64,000 nt of DNA from the NCBI GenBank assembly GCA_965153355.1, contig OZ231126.1:40734001-40798000 (forward strand), given 5' to 3'. Below are positions 17,705 to 42,326 of the stretch, piece by piece. A model generated the notes under the pieces. The model saw nothing but the letters and a program-made list of their open reading frames with translations, had not been told where the DNA came from and searched no databases. The DNA is from Flaccisagitta enflata. Lineage: Eukaryota. How positions within the stretch are numbered: the first letter of the stretch is position 1; each line of letters begins with the position of its first letter. The position numbers were made by a program, and so were the translations under genes.

Positions 17705-19105
17705 ACGCACACACACACATGCACCCAAACACGCACACTCAAACTCAGGCTTCAATTTCTATTTACATTTGTTTTTCTTAGGAAAAAACTAATTTGTATA
17801 CCAATGTTAGTCGAAATCTGTGGGGCAGGATCTCAGATCTAGTAGATTTTCAACTGAGAAGTAAAATCCATCGTTTTGGGCTTCAACGTGGAGTAATAAC
17901 TAAAATTATCTGAAGGTTTTGTAATTGGACGCATCAATTGTTTGCTGTAAATGAATTCTTAAGCATCAAATTGGTACTACAGGTGTTACCGTAAATTTTA
18001 AATTCGTATAGAAAATGAAAAAATGAAAAAATGAAGAACATCCGACTCGAGAAAATTACCATATCAATGATCGGATGTTCTTGAAAATACGAATTTCTTT
18101 TACGTAAAGCCGTAATAAAATTTACGCCGGAGAAAATGTTTTTTTCAAAAGTTGTACATTTCTCATTTTTGGAAGATCAAATTGGTAAAAACCGCACTTC
18201 TTATGAATCGATTTGGACAAAATTTGACATGTACACTGTTGGGTGAGTCCCCCAACTACAGTAAAAATTTTATGGAGCTGCGTCAAAAGGAAGATAGATT
18301 TTTAGGGTACCAAAGTACACTACTCACATTTTTAGTTATCGATTATCAACTGACAGTGGACAAGATTTTTTTTGATAAGGGCATAAGACATCAATATGAA
18401 AGCTTGCAAAAAATGTTATTTGTAATTAACAAGTATATGAATGGATATTTTCTGTGGAATTGATATGAATAATAACACTTTGGCGGTAATATTCAATCAA
18501 TGAAGATGTTTGAAATATTTTCTTAGTTGAATTTCAATGTTTGCTAGAATTTCTTCTCACTTTTGGTATGTCACCGTGGTTAAAACGTCGCCAAGTGGCT
18601 GTGTTTCTGGCAATGACTGATGAGGGGGTAGTGTAGGAGCCAATGGATTTGTTACTGGGTCAAAAATATCAATTTTGAAGCACCATGAGGGTGTCAAGGA
18701 GCTTGAATGAAAAGCGGTATATTTCGGTTCTTCATGTCTTATACACAGATGGTTCAAATACACTCTCACTGAAGCGCGCACTGAAACTGAGGCATAAAAG
18801 CTTTTTACTTTAAAACAAGGCCAACACCTATAGGTCCCGCGCGAGACTTACATTTCGAATGACTTAGAATGACTTAAAATGACTTAATATACTCTTCAAT
18901 GACCTAAAATAATTCAAATGAATGAAATGGATAAAAAAAAACTGTGACGGAGAGACCGACCGACAGACCGACCAACAGACGGACAAAGCAGGGTGTAGAA
19001 TTGCGTGCACGCAACCCCTTCGGGGCCGCTGCCCAAAAAGTGCAAACAAACAAACCCACACGCAGACGCACGCACCACATAACGCACACAAACACACACA
19101 CACAC

Positions 19106-19153
<48 letters not shown>

Positions 19154-20450
19154 ACCCGAACACGCACACTCAAACTCAGGCTTCAATTTTTATTTACATT
19201 TGTTTTTCTTAGGAAAAAACTAATTTGTATACCAATGTTAGTCAAAATCTGTGGGGCAGGATCTCAGATCTAGTAGATTTTCAACTGAGAAGTAAAATCC
19301 ATCGTTTTGGGCTTCAACGTGGAGTAATAACTAAGTATCTGAAGGTTTTGTAATTGGAGGCATCAATTGTTTGCTGTAAATGAATTCTTAAGCAACAAAT
19401 TGGTACTACAAGTGTTACCGTAAATTTTAAATTCGTATAGAAAATGAAAAAATGAAAAAATGAAGAACATCCGACTCGAGCAAAATACCATATCAATGAT
19501 CGGATGTTCTTGAAAATACGAATTTCTTTTACGTAAAGCCGTAATAAAATTTACGCCGGAGAAAATGTTTTTTCCAAAAGTTGTATATTTCTCATTTTTG
19601 AAAGATCAAATTGGTAAAAACCCCACTTCTTATGAATCGATTTGGATAAAATTTGACATGCACACTGTTGGGTGAGTCCTTCAACTACAGTAAAAATTTC
19701 ATGGAGCTGCGTCAAAAGGAAGATTGATTTTTAGGGTACCAAAGTACACTACTCACATTTTTTAGTTATTGATTATCAACTGACAGTGGACAAGTTTTTT
19801 TTTGATAGGGGCATAAGACATCAATATGAAAGCTTGCAAAAACTGCTATTTGTAATTAACAAGTATATGAACGGATATTTTCTGTGGAATTGATATGAAT
19901 AATAACACTTTGGCGGTAATATTCAATCAATGAAGATGTTTGAAATATTTTCTTAGTTGAATTTCGATGTTTACTAGAATTTCCTCTCACTTTTGGTATG
20001 TCACCGTGGTTCAAACGTCGCCAAATGGCTGTGTTTCTGGCAATGACTGATGAGGGGGTAGTGTAGGAGCCAATGGATTTGTTACTGGGTCAAAAATATC
20101 AATTTTGAAGCACCATGAGGGTGTCAAGGAGCTTGAATGAAAAGCGGTATATTTCGGTTCTTCATGTCTTATACACAGATGGTTCAAATACACTCTCACT
20201 GAAGCGCGCACTGAAACTGAGGCATAAAAGCTATTTACTTTAAAACAAGGCCAACACCTATAGGTCCCGCGCGAGACTTACATTTCGAATGACTTAGAAT
20301 GACTTAAAATGACTTAATATACTCTTCAATGACCTAAAATAATTCAAATGAATGAAATGGATAAAAAAAAACTGTGACGACCGAGACAGACCAACCGACA
20401 GACTGACCAACAGACGGACAAAGCGGGGTGTAGAATTGCGTGCACGCAAC
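17588..20450. repeat. Tandem duplication, two ~1.43-kb units
   Basis: ~17588-19015 and ~19016-20450 are collinear with scattered substitutions (duplicated ORFs 18557-18781 / 20011-20211). Confidence 0.92.
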
Positions 20451-23400
20451 TAAAAAAGAATATCTTTTATAACATTTTCATCCATTCAATTGCAGCATTT
20501 CTCATGGGGCTACATTCAATATGGGCAAGAGCTTGAAAAGGGAAATGGTTGATATAAAGGCGGTGGTTATGGCGCGTACAGAGACCATATTGTGACAATG
20601 ACAGGCGCGCACGCAAACTGTTATTGCCTTACACTCGAGGCCCATGCGCCCCCCCCCCCAACTATGGCTGGTTACGCTCTCGCCGGCCGCATCGTCATTG
20701 CAGAGAGATGGAGGAGGGATCTTTTTTTCTAATCATGGAATGAATGTGGTGGGGGGGGGTGGGGAAATGAAGGGGGGCTGCAAGGGAAAGGAGGCAGATA
20801 GGCACTGAAGGACTTTAAGGATAGTTAGGTGGGGCGAGAGCAAAGACAAACAAGGCCAATCAGGCCAATCGGTGCGCTGTGTGGATTTTCGAATGTTAGC
20901 GTGACGGACCAACCGACCAACATACAGACTTGACCAGTTATAGAGGTGCGTTGGCGCACCTAAAAACGGCTAGTTGCGTTGGATTTTTTCCCTTTCCATT
21001 TATTTATGGTCCCTCGCTGTGGGAGTTGTTGGTATTGGTGGTTATTTGCCAGTCCACAAGGAAAAGGCTTATTTCATCTGCTTTATGTTGAAGGACGCGA
21101 TGCTGTTAACTGGATTTTTTTTCCGCCGGTTGTAATCGTGGGTTCCTCGTTGAGGGCGGGGAGGGGTGTGGCATCGGAAGTGTGGGCGGTTGTGTGTGTT
21201 CGTCAGTCTCTCGTGGGGGGTCATAAGCTGTCTTAACTTTCGGTTTAGTCGTCAATTTGAGCTTGTTATATCGAAAATTATCAATCGCCTTTGCCTTTTT
21301 TTATGTTAGTCATTATCTACAAAGAAATTAATGGCCAAAAATTGTTCTTTTGTCTTTTTATTGGAAATTCGAGCAGCAGCAGAAGCAGGGAAGCGGCAGA
21401 CTATTTGAAACAAGCTGCGGTTTCTTGATTCTTGAGGAATTTTTGATAATAGTACACATTTAAAACTCAAAAGCGATTGATGTTTTAGGTAAGATTCGGG
21501 ATTCGCCGGGCCAAGGAAATACCCTCATAAGATGACATATTAAGTATCCTTTCTCAATTTCTTTTTTGAGAAAAGTGTCTCTAGGTGGTCAGGGACATCA
21601 GTAAGCACTCTGGTAACAACCTACTTTCTTCAGTGTCGACATATCATTAGGATCTAGGACCCAAAAAAGGGCTGATTTCACCAATTTCTATATGTCCTAT
21701 TTAGGTCCCACTGACTATCTCTACTGTAAAATATGAGAAAAAACATAACATGATATGAAGAAATGGGATATTTTCATTGGTCCTGATTATGGTTTTGAAG
21801 ACTTAAAATCTTTCGTTGACAGGTCCTTGTTTATAATAGAAAAAATACAATTTTTGAAATTTTTTAAAAGTACTATTTTTGTCCATTTTTAGGAAAAATT
21901 CCAATCATTGATAAAAAAACATCATCTTTCCTTTATTTTTTCAGCTTTTTATTTTTTGCCCGTTTAGTGAAGACATATAAGAGTGTTCATGCCAAATTTC
22001 GTGACTTTGCCATGTCTCAATCGAGAAATATGAAATTTTCAATCTGCTATAAGAAATGTGTTCACACCCTGTCACGCTTATGTCACGCTGTGATTCCTTG
22101 TATTGAGACCCGTCGTAAGAAACTAAGGAAGTTTGCACTGGGAACGGTCTTAAAGAGCATCAAATTCTGCGTCTAACCCTAAAATTTCAAATCCATGAGT
22201 CAATAAATTTTCGATTTATGAGTATTTTTATGATTCCATGTCTTTAGGTGTGAACACATTTCTTATAGCTACCTCAAGTTTTTTGACAGTCACGCATTGT
22301 TGGAGGCTTTGGGCTGTGAAAAAAGAACAGGAGGTAAAAACAACCAATAGGATGGGCATTGGGAACACTTAATTCATCACTTTATACTAAATTTTCAAAA
22401 ATTTCCTGATTGAATTTTGAATTATTGCCGTAAAATGCTGTAAAAATGCTCTAAAAACAGCATTTTTTCAGTATTTCTCTTTGATACACTGCAGCATTGA
22501 TTGATCCGTACTCAAAATTAGTGTAACTGGTCTAGGGACACTATATTGAAAAGAATTGTTTTTTTAAATGTTGAAAATTAGTGTTGGTATATGCTGTAAA
22601 ATGATGTAAAACAGCAAAATTATAGGAATTTTTGATGTTTTTCTCAGATTCCGCCACAGTCGCTTTAAGATTTTGAGAAATGAAGTAAGTAGGCCTCAGA
22701 TATATTCATATAACAATTTCATCTAATTGCATTAACGTTATATATGGTCACAATAACATTGCGGACGGGTGGGCAGGGGCGGCCAACACCCGTTCACACC
22801 CAACGCCCCACCCAACCCCCTTTCCAACACAGACACCTGCTCAAAAAGGTTCTAAAACGCTCATTTTCCCGCTTTTTGACTCGGGCCACGTACGGACGGA
22901 CAGTCAAATGGACAGACCAACTGACAGACTAACCAACAGACGGACCGACCAATAGACAGACCAACCAATGGACGGACCAACCAACCAACGGACTGAGCGT
23001 AGGGTTGACGGACAAAGCCTCTTATAGAGTTGCTTGTCCGCGACTAAAAACAATAAAAAATAACTACCGGGAAAAACCGGTTGATCAGCCAGAATTGAGT
23101 AAATGTATGATGCAATTACTCTGAAACCACAAAGGCAAATCAGTTGGGGAAGATTACTGAACATTTGCTTATATAAAAAGAATAGGCCCCATAATTTTAA
23201 AGAAACAGCCTTCCAAGTAACATTTAAGTTCAAGTCGATTTGGAAAAGTGGCGCGATTTTGCGCAGAATCCTCGTCTAATGTCAAGTCATTTCCTTTTGA
23301 ATAGAGATATTTAGGGTAAAAAATTGCGGTTCTTATGATTTTCTTGTCAAAAATGGATTAAAAACTCGTTAATTTGGCACCATAAAACGTGTTTTAGCTG

Positions 23401-24611
23401 TGCTCAATCGACAGATATACTTGAAACACCAAGGACATTGAGTAAAGCGGAAAAAGTCAATCGTCCAAGTTACTCTATTTGGCATGAATACCTGATCGTG
23501 GAAAACTAGGCTGAATACACGGCCAAAACCAGCCGCGGACGGGTGGGCAGGGGCGAGAATGCGCTTTTTCAACTTGAGCGTGACGAACGGACAGACTGAC
23601 GGACGGACGGACGGACAAAGCTTTTTATAGAGTCGCTTGTCCGCGACTAAAAAGCATCTACAGCCTTTTGGGCTAAAATATCCATCTTTGGCTTTATGTT
23701 CTGAATTGCGAGCGGTTTTCGCATTACCGCTCCTGCCAAATCGTCTGTGACTGGATTGCCGTGTATTCGGCTTTGTTTTCACTCAAGCTTAGTAGAATAA
23801 TGCTTCGAGTGAGATGACAAACAACAGTAGAGTGAAAGTTGGACGCTTGTAAATTTGATATGAGGGAAATGATTATCCAGACGTTTTCATACAACATAGA
23901 GAAGCTTCAAATTTGTATTTCAAAATATGGGAAATCTTCACCAACGATTTGAACCCCATTGCTCGCGCAGAAATCTGACATCATCCTTGTCATTTCCACC
24001 AATGAGGGCGTGTTTCTAGAGGAGATGTAAAACGCCTTTCTTCCCCTGAAACGCGATCACAGCCTAAACACATATTCAAGAATTTCAACTGTCCCACGAG
24101 GGAGTGAGCGAAGTGAGTGAGCAAGTGAAGCGAGCGTAGCGAAGCGAGTGTAGCAAAGCGAGTGTAGCAAAGCGAGCGTAGGGAGTGAGTGGAGTGAGCC
24201 GTAGGAGTGAATGGATGAAGCGAGTGACCAAGTAGCCTATTCAAAATGCGATCGTTTCTGACTTGTAACTCTCCCTGATTTAAAAACCAGATCTTACGCA
24301 GAGATCTTATATCATCCTTCGAACCTCATCTTACAGAGCCTCTAATACCCTACAAGAGTACTATATACAGCCTCATATTTTCGCTTGGCTAGCGAGAAAA
24401 AAGGTTAAACTAAGAGTGATAAGCCCGTAATACTCTTTTGCCAAAATTTGAATCTTAGTTTCGTTTTACACAAAAATGGCTTTTGAAAATATGAGTATTG
24501 ATTCTATTGAAGGTGTTTCGCTGCATTAACAGGACAACTTTTCCATGTGAATGTAAAACACCCCTGCCTTTTGGCCATGGGTATTACTGAAAAAGAAGGC
24601 TGGATACACGG

Positions 24612-25130
24612 AAGGAGAAGAAGAAGAAGAAGACAAAGAAGAAGAAGAAGAAGAAAAAGAAGAAGAAGAAGAAGAAGAAGAAGAAGACAAAGAAGAAGAA
24701 GAAGACAAAGAAGAAGAAGAAGACAAAGAAGAAGAGGATGAGAAGGAAGAAGATGGAGGAGATAACAGAGATAAAAGAGAACAAGACAAAGAGGAAGAAG
24801 AAGAAGAAGAAGAAGAAGAAGAAGGAGGAGGAGAAGAAGAAGGAGACGAGGAAGAAGAAGAGAAAGAAGAAGAAGAAGAAGAAGAAGAAGAAGAAGAAGA
24901 AGAAGAAGAAGAGGAAGGAGAAGAAGGAGAAGATACCATGAAAGAATTGCAATTATTGTTGTTATTAAAATCTAGTCAAATTGGTCATTTAAAAAGCTAG
25001 AGTGAAAAAAGAAAGAGAGAAAGAAAGAAAGAAAAAAAGAAAGATAGAAAGAAAGGAAGACAGAAAGAAAGGAAGAAAGGAAGAAAGGAAGAAAGGAAGA
25101 AAGGAAATAAGGAAGAAAGAAAGACAGATA
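24612..25130. repeat. (GAA)n and (GAAA/GGAA)n purine tracts
   Basis: Seen directly. Confidence 0.95.
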
Positions 25131-26957
25131 AAAAGAATGAATGAATGAATAAAGGATATCTATGAAATTTCTTTCTTTAATTCAACTTCAGCGACTTTTC
25201 TGTTGAAGAGACATATGGCACAGTCCTAATAACTATCTTTACATCTGGTAGTTTTCACACCAATGCAGACAAGTATAGAACCTTCAAATACATATGGATG
25301 TAAACGTATACGTATATAGATATATTTTGATAATGTCAGATTTATGTAAGAGTTTTCAGATAGATACATATTCGATTCAAAATTCTTATATCTGGTCTTT
25401 AAAGTCGCTGTGTAAATAACTGTTTAGTCTATATGTAAAACATTGATATTTTGAACTTTTTGGGTTTTCGCATTGATTCTTATCAAAACTACGCATTCCC
25501 AATGATCAATATAGTGTGAACACATCTACACCTGAGTATTTGCACCAATTTAGACCTTAACTGGTCGATCTTACTTCATCAAATGGTTAAATTTTGAAAA
25601 AAAAGGAAAATTTCAAACAATGTCATTATAACCTAATTTGCATAAAGATTTGACCCTGCTAACAAATTTCAATTGTGAATTCATATTCAGTAATGTATAA
25701 CCTACACAATGACGTATAGATATGTTGAATTTTTCTCATTTCAAAAATGGCTTATTTTACTCATGCTCTGCCTGCGAAAGCGCGAATCTTGCCAAGAAGA
25801 AAAAGATAGATGAGGAAAGGTTAAATGCCGGCGAAAGTTGAATTGAGAGGGTGAATAACAAGGCCAACACCTATAAGTCGCGTGCGAGACTTACAGGCAA
25901 AGAATGACTTAGAATGACTTAGAATGACTTTCAATGACTTAGACTGACCTAAAATGACCAAAATTGTCTTAAAATGACTAAAAAACCTAATTACCAAAAA
26001 TGACTTAAAATAACTTAAAATGACTTAAAATGACTTAAAGTGACTTAGAATGACTCAAAATGACTTAGAATAACTATAAATGACTTAAAGTGACTTAAAA
26101 TGACCTAAGAATTGACGTTATAGTAAAAAAAAGTAAAGTGTGACGGACGGACCGACGGACCGACGGACGGACGGACGGACGGACAAAGCGGGTTGTAGAG
26201 TCGCGTGCACGCGACTAAAAAGTAGGGTGGCACAGATGAGGTCATGGGTCAAATGCATGATTGTAATGAAATTTCCGGACAAACCACACACAACCGGAAA
26301 TATGCTGTAGATGATCACTTGTGCTTCCAAATTTGGAACTTAAGTATATTCATGCTATCAGTTTAAGTTTATCCTAAACTAAAATGTGAGTTCACAATTT
26401 GAGACTCAAAGATTTCATCAGTTCGAGCTTTGCTATGGGCCGAAATTGAATTGGAATGTTTTTCCCCACTTTCGGTCTTTGTTTAGACACACTAATGCGT
26501 TTTTTCTCTTCACGGCTGTAACTTTCTACTCTCGACTTTCCAGGTTTCCAAATTGCGAGTTTCTTTGATACTCAGGTAGCGTTCGTGTTAAAGAATATTT
26601 AAGAAATGTTCACGTAACTTGCTGATGCATTTGTGCGACAGCTGAAAATTTCTAGAGGAGTAACGATAGATAACCAGTAACAAGGAAAAAGCAAGTGTTA
26701 GGCCGGTGTTAGGGGGTTACCAGTTGAGTAATCAATAAAGGATAAAGAAATGATCAGAGTTAATCGCAGGAATGAGAAATTCTAACATCAAATGTGAAGG
26801 GATCCTTTAAATCGTTAAAACTTTACCTTCTCCCGGTCGCTCTTTCGTCCGCACCTAAATTTGCCTCGGAACTTATGAGATTCTGATGGTTTTCGCCTTC
26901 CCACTGTACTGTTTTGTCGATTTGCAACAAGCTGTTTTCATTTACAGGCCAAACTTG

Positions 26958-27263
<306 letters not shown>

Positions 27264-28208
27264 AATCAGCAAAAGCTAAAACAACCAAAATCAAACAAAA
27301 GACAAAAGAGAAAAAAATGGTTAAGAGGAAAAAATCATTCCGCCGAAAAAAAAGTTCTAATTTTGGAGAGAAAAAAAAAAGCCCTTTTTTATCCCCTTTC
27401 AATTTTCTTGAATTCCTTAATCTTGAACATGAAACGCTCAACCAAACTGACAGCTGTTGCGCGCGTGAGCTATTTTGTCAAAAAAATTTTTTGCTTTATT
27501 TCTTAAAATCCAAATGATCACGAAACTGTTTTTGCAAACTAGCTCAACGGCAAAACTAGCGAGTGAACTGAAAGCTGATGATGATGTGACTAAAGCGTAT
27601 CTAGCTACGTTCCTACTCAAAACAAGCTTGTTAATCACAGGATGTGAGGATTTGTGCCTGGAAGGTCAGCATTTGCATTTGGATCTGAATGAGGCAACTG
27701 TTGCTCATGCGTAATTTTGTAATGAATCTAGATCATTTCTTATTGTCTTCTGCTCCCAAAATTGCCATGATTTTGTCATGTTACCTTTGTCTATATTTTG
27801 CGCAGATAAAAAAGATGCAAGTGAGACAATAAGTAAACCCCCAAGTGAGCTAGCGAATTAATCAGCGAGGAACATTTTCAGACTGGGACAGGAGCAGGAG
27901 CAGGGCAGGGGCAGTAACGAATAAGGCCATCACCTATAAGTCGCGTGCAAGACTTACAGAATGACTTAAAATGACTTAGGGAAATAAAATTGATAAAAAA
28001 AAAGAAAAAGTGTGACGGACCGACAGACAGACCAACCGACCAACCAACCAATGGACGGAAGGACGGACAAAGCCGGATGTAGAGTCGCGTGCACGCGTCT
28101 AAAACACACGAGTCTCAACCGTCTTTAAGGGCGCTGCTAGAGTGGATCTACTCATTCCCTCGACCGTGAAATGAAAAGTGAGAGAATGAGAGCAAGAAAG
28201 AGTATGAC

Positions 28209-37546
<9,338 letters not shown>

Positions 37547-37550
<4 letters not shown>

Positions 37551-38300
37551 TCGCCCAAGGGCAATATATGGTCAGCGATACCCTTTGCCCTGCTTTGAGT
37601 GATTGTGAGTTGGAGTGAGGGGAAGCAGGGCAGCGGCCCCGAAGGGGACGAAGTCCTGTAGAACACAGGGGGACTTTCGTTTGTCCTGCGTTACCTAGAT
37701 GAGATGCTACATAGAGGGTTGACTGAAGGCCTTCAAGAGCTGAAATTGAGGTCAAAGAAGGCTGATGTAAGGCCTGAGAATGCCAATTGGAAGGTTGAGA
37801 GGACTAACTTGAGGCCTAATTTGAGGCATGAGAGGACAGGTTTGAGGCATGGGAATTTCGATTTGAGGCCCGCGAGGCCTAGTTTGAGGTCTGAAAGGCC
37901 AGGTTTGAGGCCTGAGACTTTAAATTTGAGGCCTGAGAGGCCGGATATGAGGCCTGAGAGGCTGGATTTGAGGCCTGGGAGGCTGGATTTGAGGCCTGGG
38001 AGGCTGGATTTGAGGCCTGAGAGGCTGGATTTGAGGCCTGAGAGGCTGTATTAGAGGCCTGAGAGGCTGGATTAGAGGCCTGAGAGGCTGGATTTGAGGC
38101 CTGAGAGGCTGGATTTGAGGCCTGAGAGGCTGGATTTGAAGCCTGAGAGGCTGGATTTGAGGCCTGAGAGGCCAAATTTTAGGCCTAAGGGGCCTGATAA
38201 GGGGGGACGCATGAACGAACGGACAAACGAACGAACGAACGAACGAAAGTCCCCCTGTGTTCTACAGGACTTCGTCCCCTTCGGGGCCGCTGCCCAAAAA
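37547..38300 (-). mobile_element. Helentron/DINE-1-like non-autonomous element, family A (clearest copy)
   Basis: Perfect 54-bp inverted repeat (37628-37681 / 38242-38295), one arm terminal next to an A/T run, the other ~80 bp subterminal; internal 21-bp array and (GAAC)n. Related copies near 54-445, 16405-16760, 17020-17610, 29778-30316, 34442-34980, 47507-48250, 50080-51146. Confidence 0.7.
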
Positions 38301-38529
38301 GGACAGACACAAGGAAAAGTAACTACGTGAACATAAGTCAGAGGCACAGCAAGAGACTATAGATCAGAGCAATACGAAAGACACAGTCAGGATGAGTCCA
38401 AAACACAGGATAGAAATGCGAGCCTGCCATCTTAGATAGACGTAGTGAAAGACACGGAAACAGAACCATAACAATCAGAGACAGAGATAAAGACAGCGAC
38501 AGAGATAGTCCCAAGAACATGGAATAACA

Positions 38530-39190
38530 ATGGTAAAATGCGAGCACACAACCTCAGCATCACAATTCACAAGCAGAGATAGAGGCCTAGACATCGACAG
38601 AAACCAGAAGGTGCCTAAAACATAGATTGAAAATGGGAGCAAGCAATCTCGCTATCACAAACAGAGATAAAAACCAAGACATCGACAGAAACCGAGACAC
38701 TGACAGAGACAGTGCCCAAAACTTGGAATGAATTAGCGAGCACACAACCTCCCCATCACAAACAAAGACGGAGACCAATACAATGACAGAAACTAAGACA
38801 GTGACAGAGACAGTGCCCAAAACGTGGATTGAAAATGCGAGCACACATCCTCGCCATCACAAACAGAGACAGAGACTAAGACAGAAACAGAGATAGTGAC
38901 AAAAACGTAGAGTGAAAATGCAAGTATTCAACTGCGCCATTACAAACAAAGACAAAGACCAAGACAACGACAGAGACAGTGTCAAAAACATAGAATGAAA
39001 ATATAAGCACGCAACCTCGCTATCACAAACAGAGACAGAAACCAAGACAGAAACAGAGACAGTGCCAAAAACATAGAATGAAAATGCATGCAATCTCGCC
39101 ATCACAAACAGAGATAGAAACCAAGACAGTGAGAGAGTCAGTGCCAAAAACATAGAAAAAAAAATGCGAGCACGCAACCTCGCCATCACT
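38530..39190. repeat. Degenerate minisatellite, ~80-100-bp unit
   Basis: Recurrent CTCGCCATCACAAACAGAGAC...CAGTGCCAAAAACATAGAATGAAAATGCGAGCA, about 7-8 copies. Confidence 0.85.
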
Positions 39191-40371
39191 CCCATGAGTC
39201 ACGTTTAACAACAGTTTCGTCTCTTTCCTGGTCTTGGAGGAAAGTTTCGCAAGAACATTTGTAAGAACTATGGTTTATTCAAACAAGGCGATGAGATGTC
39301 CAATAAATGCGTCCTCTTTTAACATGAGATAATATAAAAGAGATGTAGAAATCAAGAGACCATCCTCAAAATCGCGTCGAGAAATTTTCGCGCTACAGAC
39401 AGACATACCTAAGGACCTTCAGACCAATGTATTTACGGACATCCCCTTATAGAGATGCGAGTACGTATTTAAGTACTGAAGAAAAACTGAGATATTGTCG
39501 ATGCTGACAATAACGACCACGCTGGCAGCCCCGACTGTGCATGACCTATCGCTTAAAGGGACATGAGCGACTCTGATTATGGGCGATGAAACAAGTGGCT
39601 TAGAAAGAGCTAACATGTTCAAAATGAGGCAATGGCTGATAGTGACTATCCTAGGCTTATTCGAAAAGATTTGGTCGGTGTAAGGATTGCTGTTTTATGC
39701 TAGGATTGCAATTCTAAATATCAATTCAATTTCACATGAAAATACATGTAGCACATAGACAAATATTGGCAAACGACGAAAGAAAAAGATCACATAAGAC
39801 GGCCAATTTTCGAAGGAAAATTAAGTGTTTCACCGTACTTTTTGCATCTTTATCAGAACAACAATGAAGCTAGAATGCTTTTAGTAAACAAATTGTCTCT
39901 TAAGACAATTGGCGTATACCTTTATACAATATTCTGACCTAGAAAGTAATTTGAACTATGCGATTCTAGTGAAAACAAGCAGTAAAATGACCATTTTCAG
40001 CAAATTTCTGCTTACAATTTTTTTCATTTCCTGTGGTCTTACTTCTAAGAAAGCCAAACACAGGGAAATTTTGTATTTTGAAAAACATAGTTCTCTCTGC
40101 AATCGATTTGGGAAGAGAACTATGTTCTTTGTTTTTTAATTTTTTAATTTTCTATGCAAATTTAGAATCTAAACCCTCTCAGTGACCAAAAATGGAAAAA
40201 AAAGATTTTTTCAAATAGTTTTGTTTAGAAACATTGGCTCAACTTTGTCCTTTTTGCTAAATGAATGTAAAATTTTTCATTTGAATATTATGTCTGAGCT
40301 ATCTGAATCACTTTTATTCACCTATTTTTCCATTTCCATTCATTCATGATTCGTTCGTTTGTGTGTGTGTA

Positions 40372-40589
<218 letters not shown>

Positions 40590-41202
40590 TGCCTTCAGAA
40601 TGAAAAAAAAAACAGCATCTGCCTTTCAATGATACATGTCGCTCTCTCTGTCTCATCTTGGGCACTTTCTCTTTTCGCTATCTTTGTCTCTTTTGACTCT
40701 AAACCGTGACGGGATAAACGCGATCAGACAAGCAAACTGAGGATATCTCTTGAAACAAAGAGCAAGGAAACACAAAAAAACAAAACTAGAACAAAAACAG
40801 GAAAAAGAACTTAAAACGTCGTTCCAAACGCCCTCAGGTGGAAAGAATAAGGATGCGTTGAGAGAGAGAGAGAGAGAGATTGGCAGACATACACAGAGAC
40901 AGGTAAATAGACTGAACTGCAAGACATAATGACTCACCACTTAGATCCAGTGTATGGGTTGAGCGTAAGTTTCCATATCTATATCTACAGCGCGCAATAA
41001 TTCATGATAGACCGCTGCCCTCAAAAACAAAGAGTATTAATAGTGAAAAATAGATGAATTTCCGTCATAACCTTGTTTGTTTTGATTCTTTATTGTCAAC
41101 AAAGAATAACAGAATGTCGAACCATGATGATTTATGAGACTGCAATGGAGGAGCGCGAGCGTGATGCTTCCAGATGAAGGGAGATGATGATAGTGATGAA
41201 AC

Positions 41203-41267
<65 letters not shown>

Positions 41268-41391
41268 GTAATGATGATAATGATGATGATAATGATGATG
41301 ATGTCGATTGACATCATTACTTTATTGATTTGCTTTGTTCAGGGGTGTAAGAATTTGTGGCATCAGAATCATTTCCCCCTAGTCTTTGATG

Positions 41392-41475
<84 letters not shown>

Positions 41476-41477
41476 AC

Positions 41478-41591
<114 letters not shown>

Positions 41592-41899
41592 TGTTGTTGT
41601 CTTGTTGTTGTTTTGTCGTTGTCGTTGTCGTTGTCGTTGTTGTTGTTCTTGTTGTCGTTGTCGTTGTTGTTGTTGTCATTGTCATTGTCGTTGTCATTGT
41701 CGTTGTTTTTTTTTTGTTGACTTCATTGTCATTATTTCTATAAATAGGGTTGAAGTTGTTTTGGTCGTCCCTACTCTTGTTCTTGATATTTTTGTTGTTC
41801 TTGCCTACTGTCAATAATTCTTGGGATTTGGGTCAAATCCTACCTGAGCCCATGGATCAAATACCCAGATTGCATCTAGAGATAGTTTAGGGAAGGAGA

Positions 41900-42013
<114 letters not shown>

Positions 42014-42208
42014 CAGACCAAAAGACAGGGATGAAAATAGACAGTAAGACCTTAAGTCAGAGAAAAAGACAGAAAATTGAAAACAAAGACAGAAAACAAA
42101 ACAAAAAAACAAAAAAAAAACAGAAAAAAATAAAAAACAGAAAAACAGAAAGAAAGAACGAAGGAAAAATAGGAAATAATGAAAGAAAGAAAGATAGAAA
42201 GAAAGAAA

Positions 42209-42286
<78 letters not shown>

Positions 42287-42290
42287 AGGA

Positions 42291-42326
<36 letters not shown>

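Noticed and set aside
37704-38347. LRPERLD / ASQASNP heptad ORFs
   Set aside because: Product of a 21-bp array inside a non-autonomous element.
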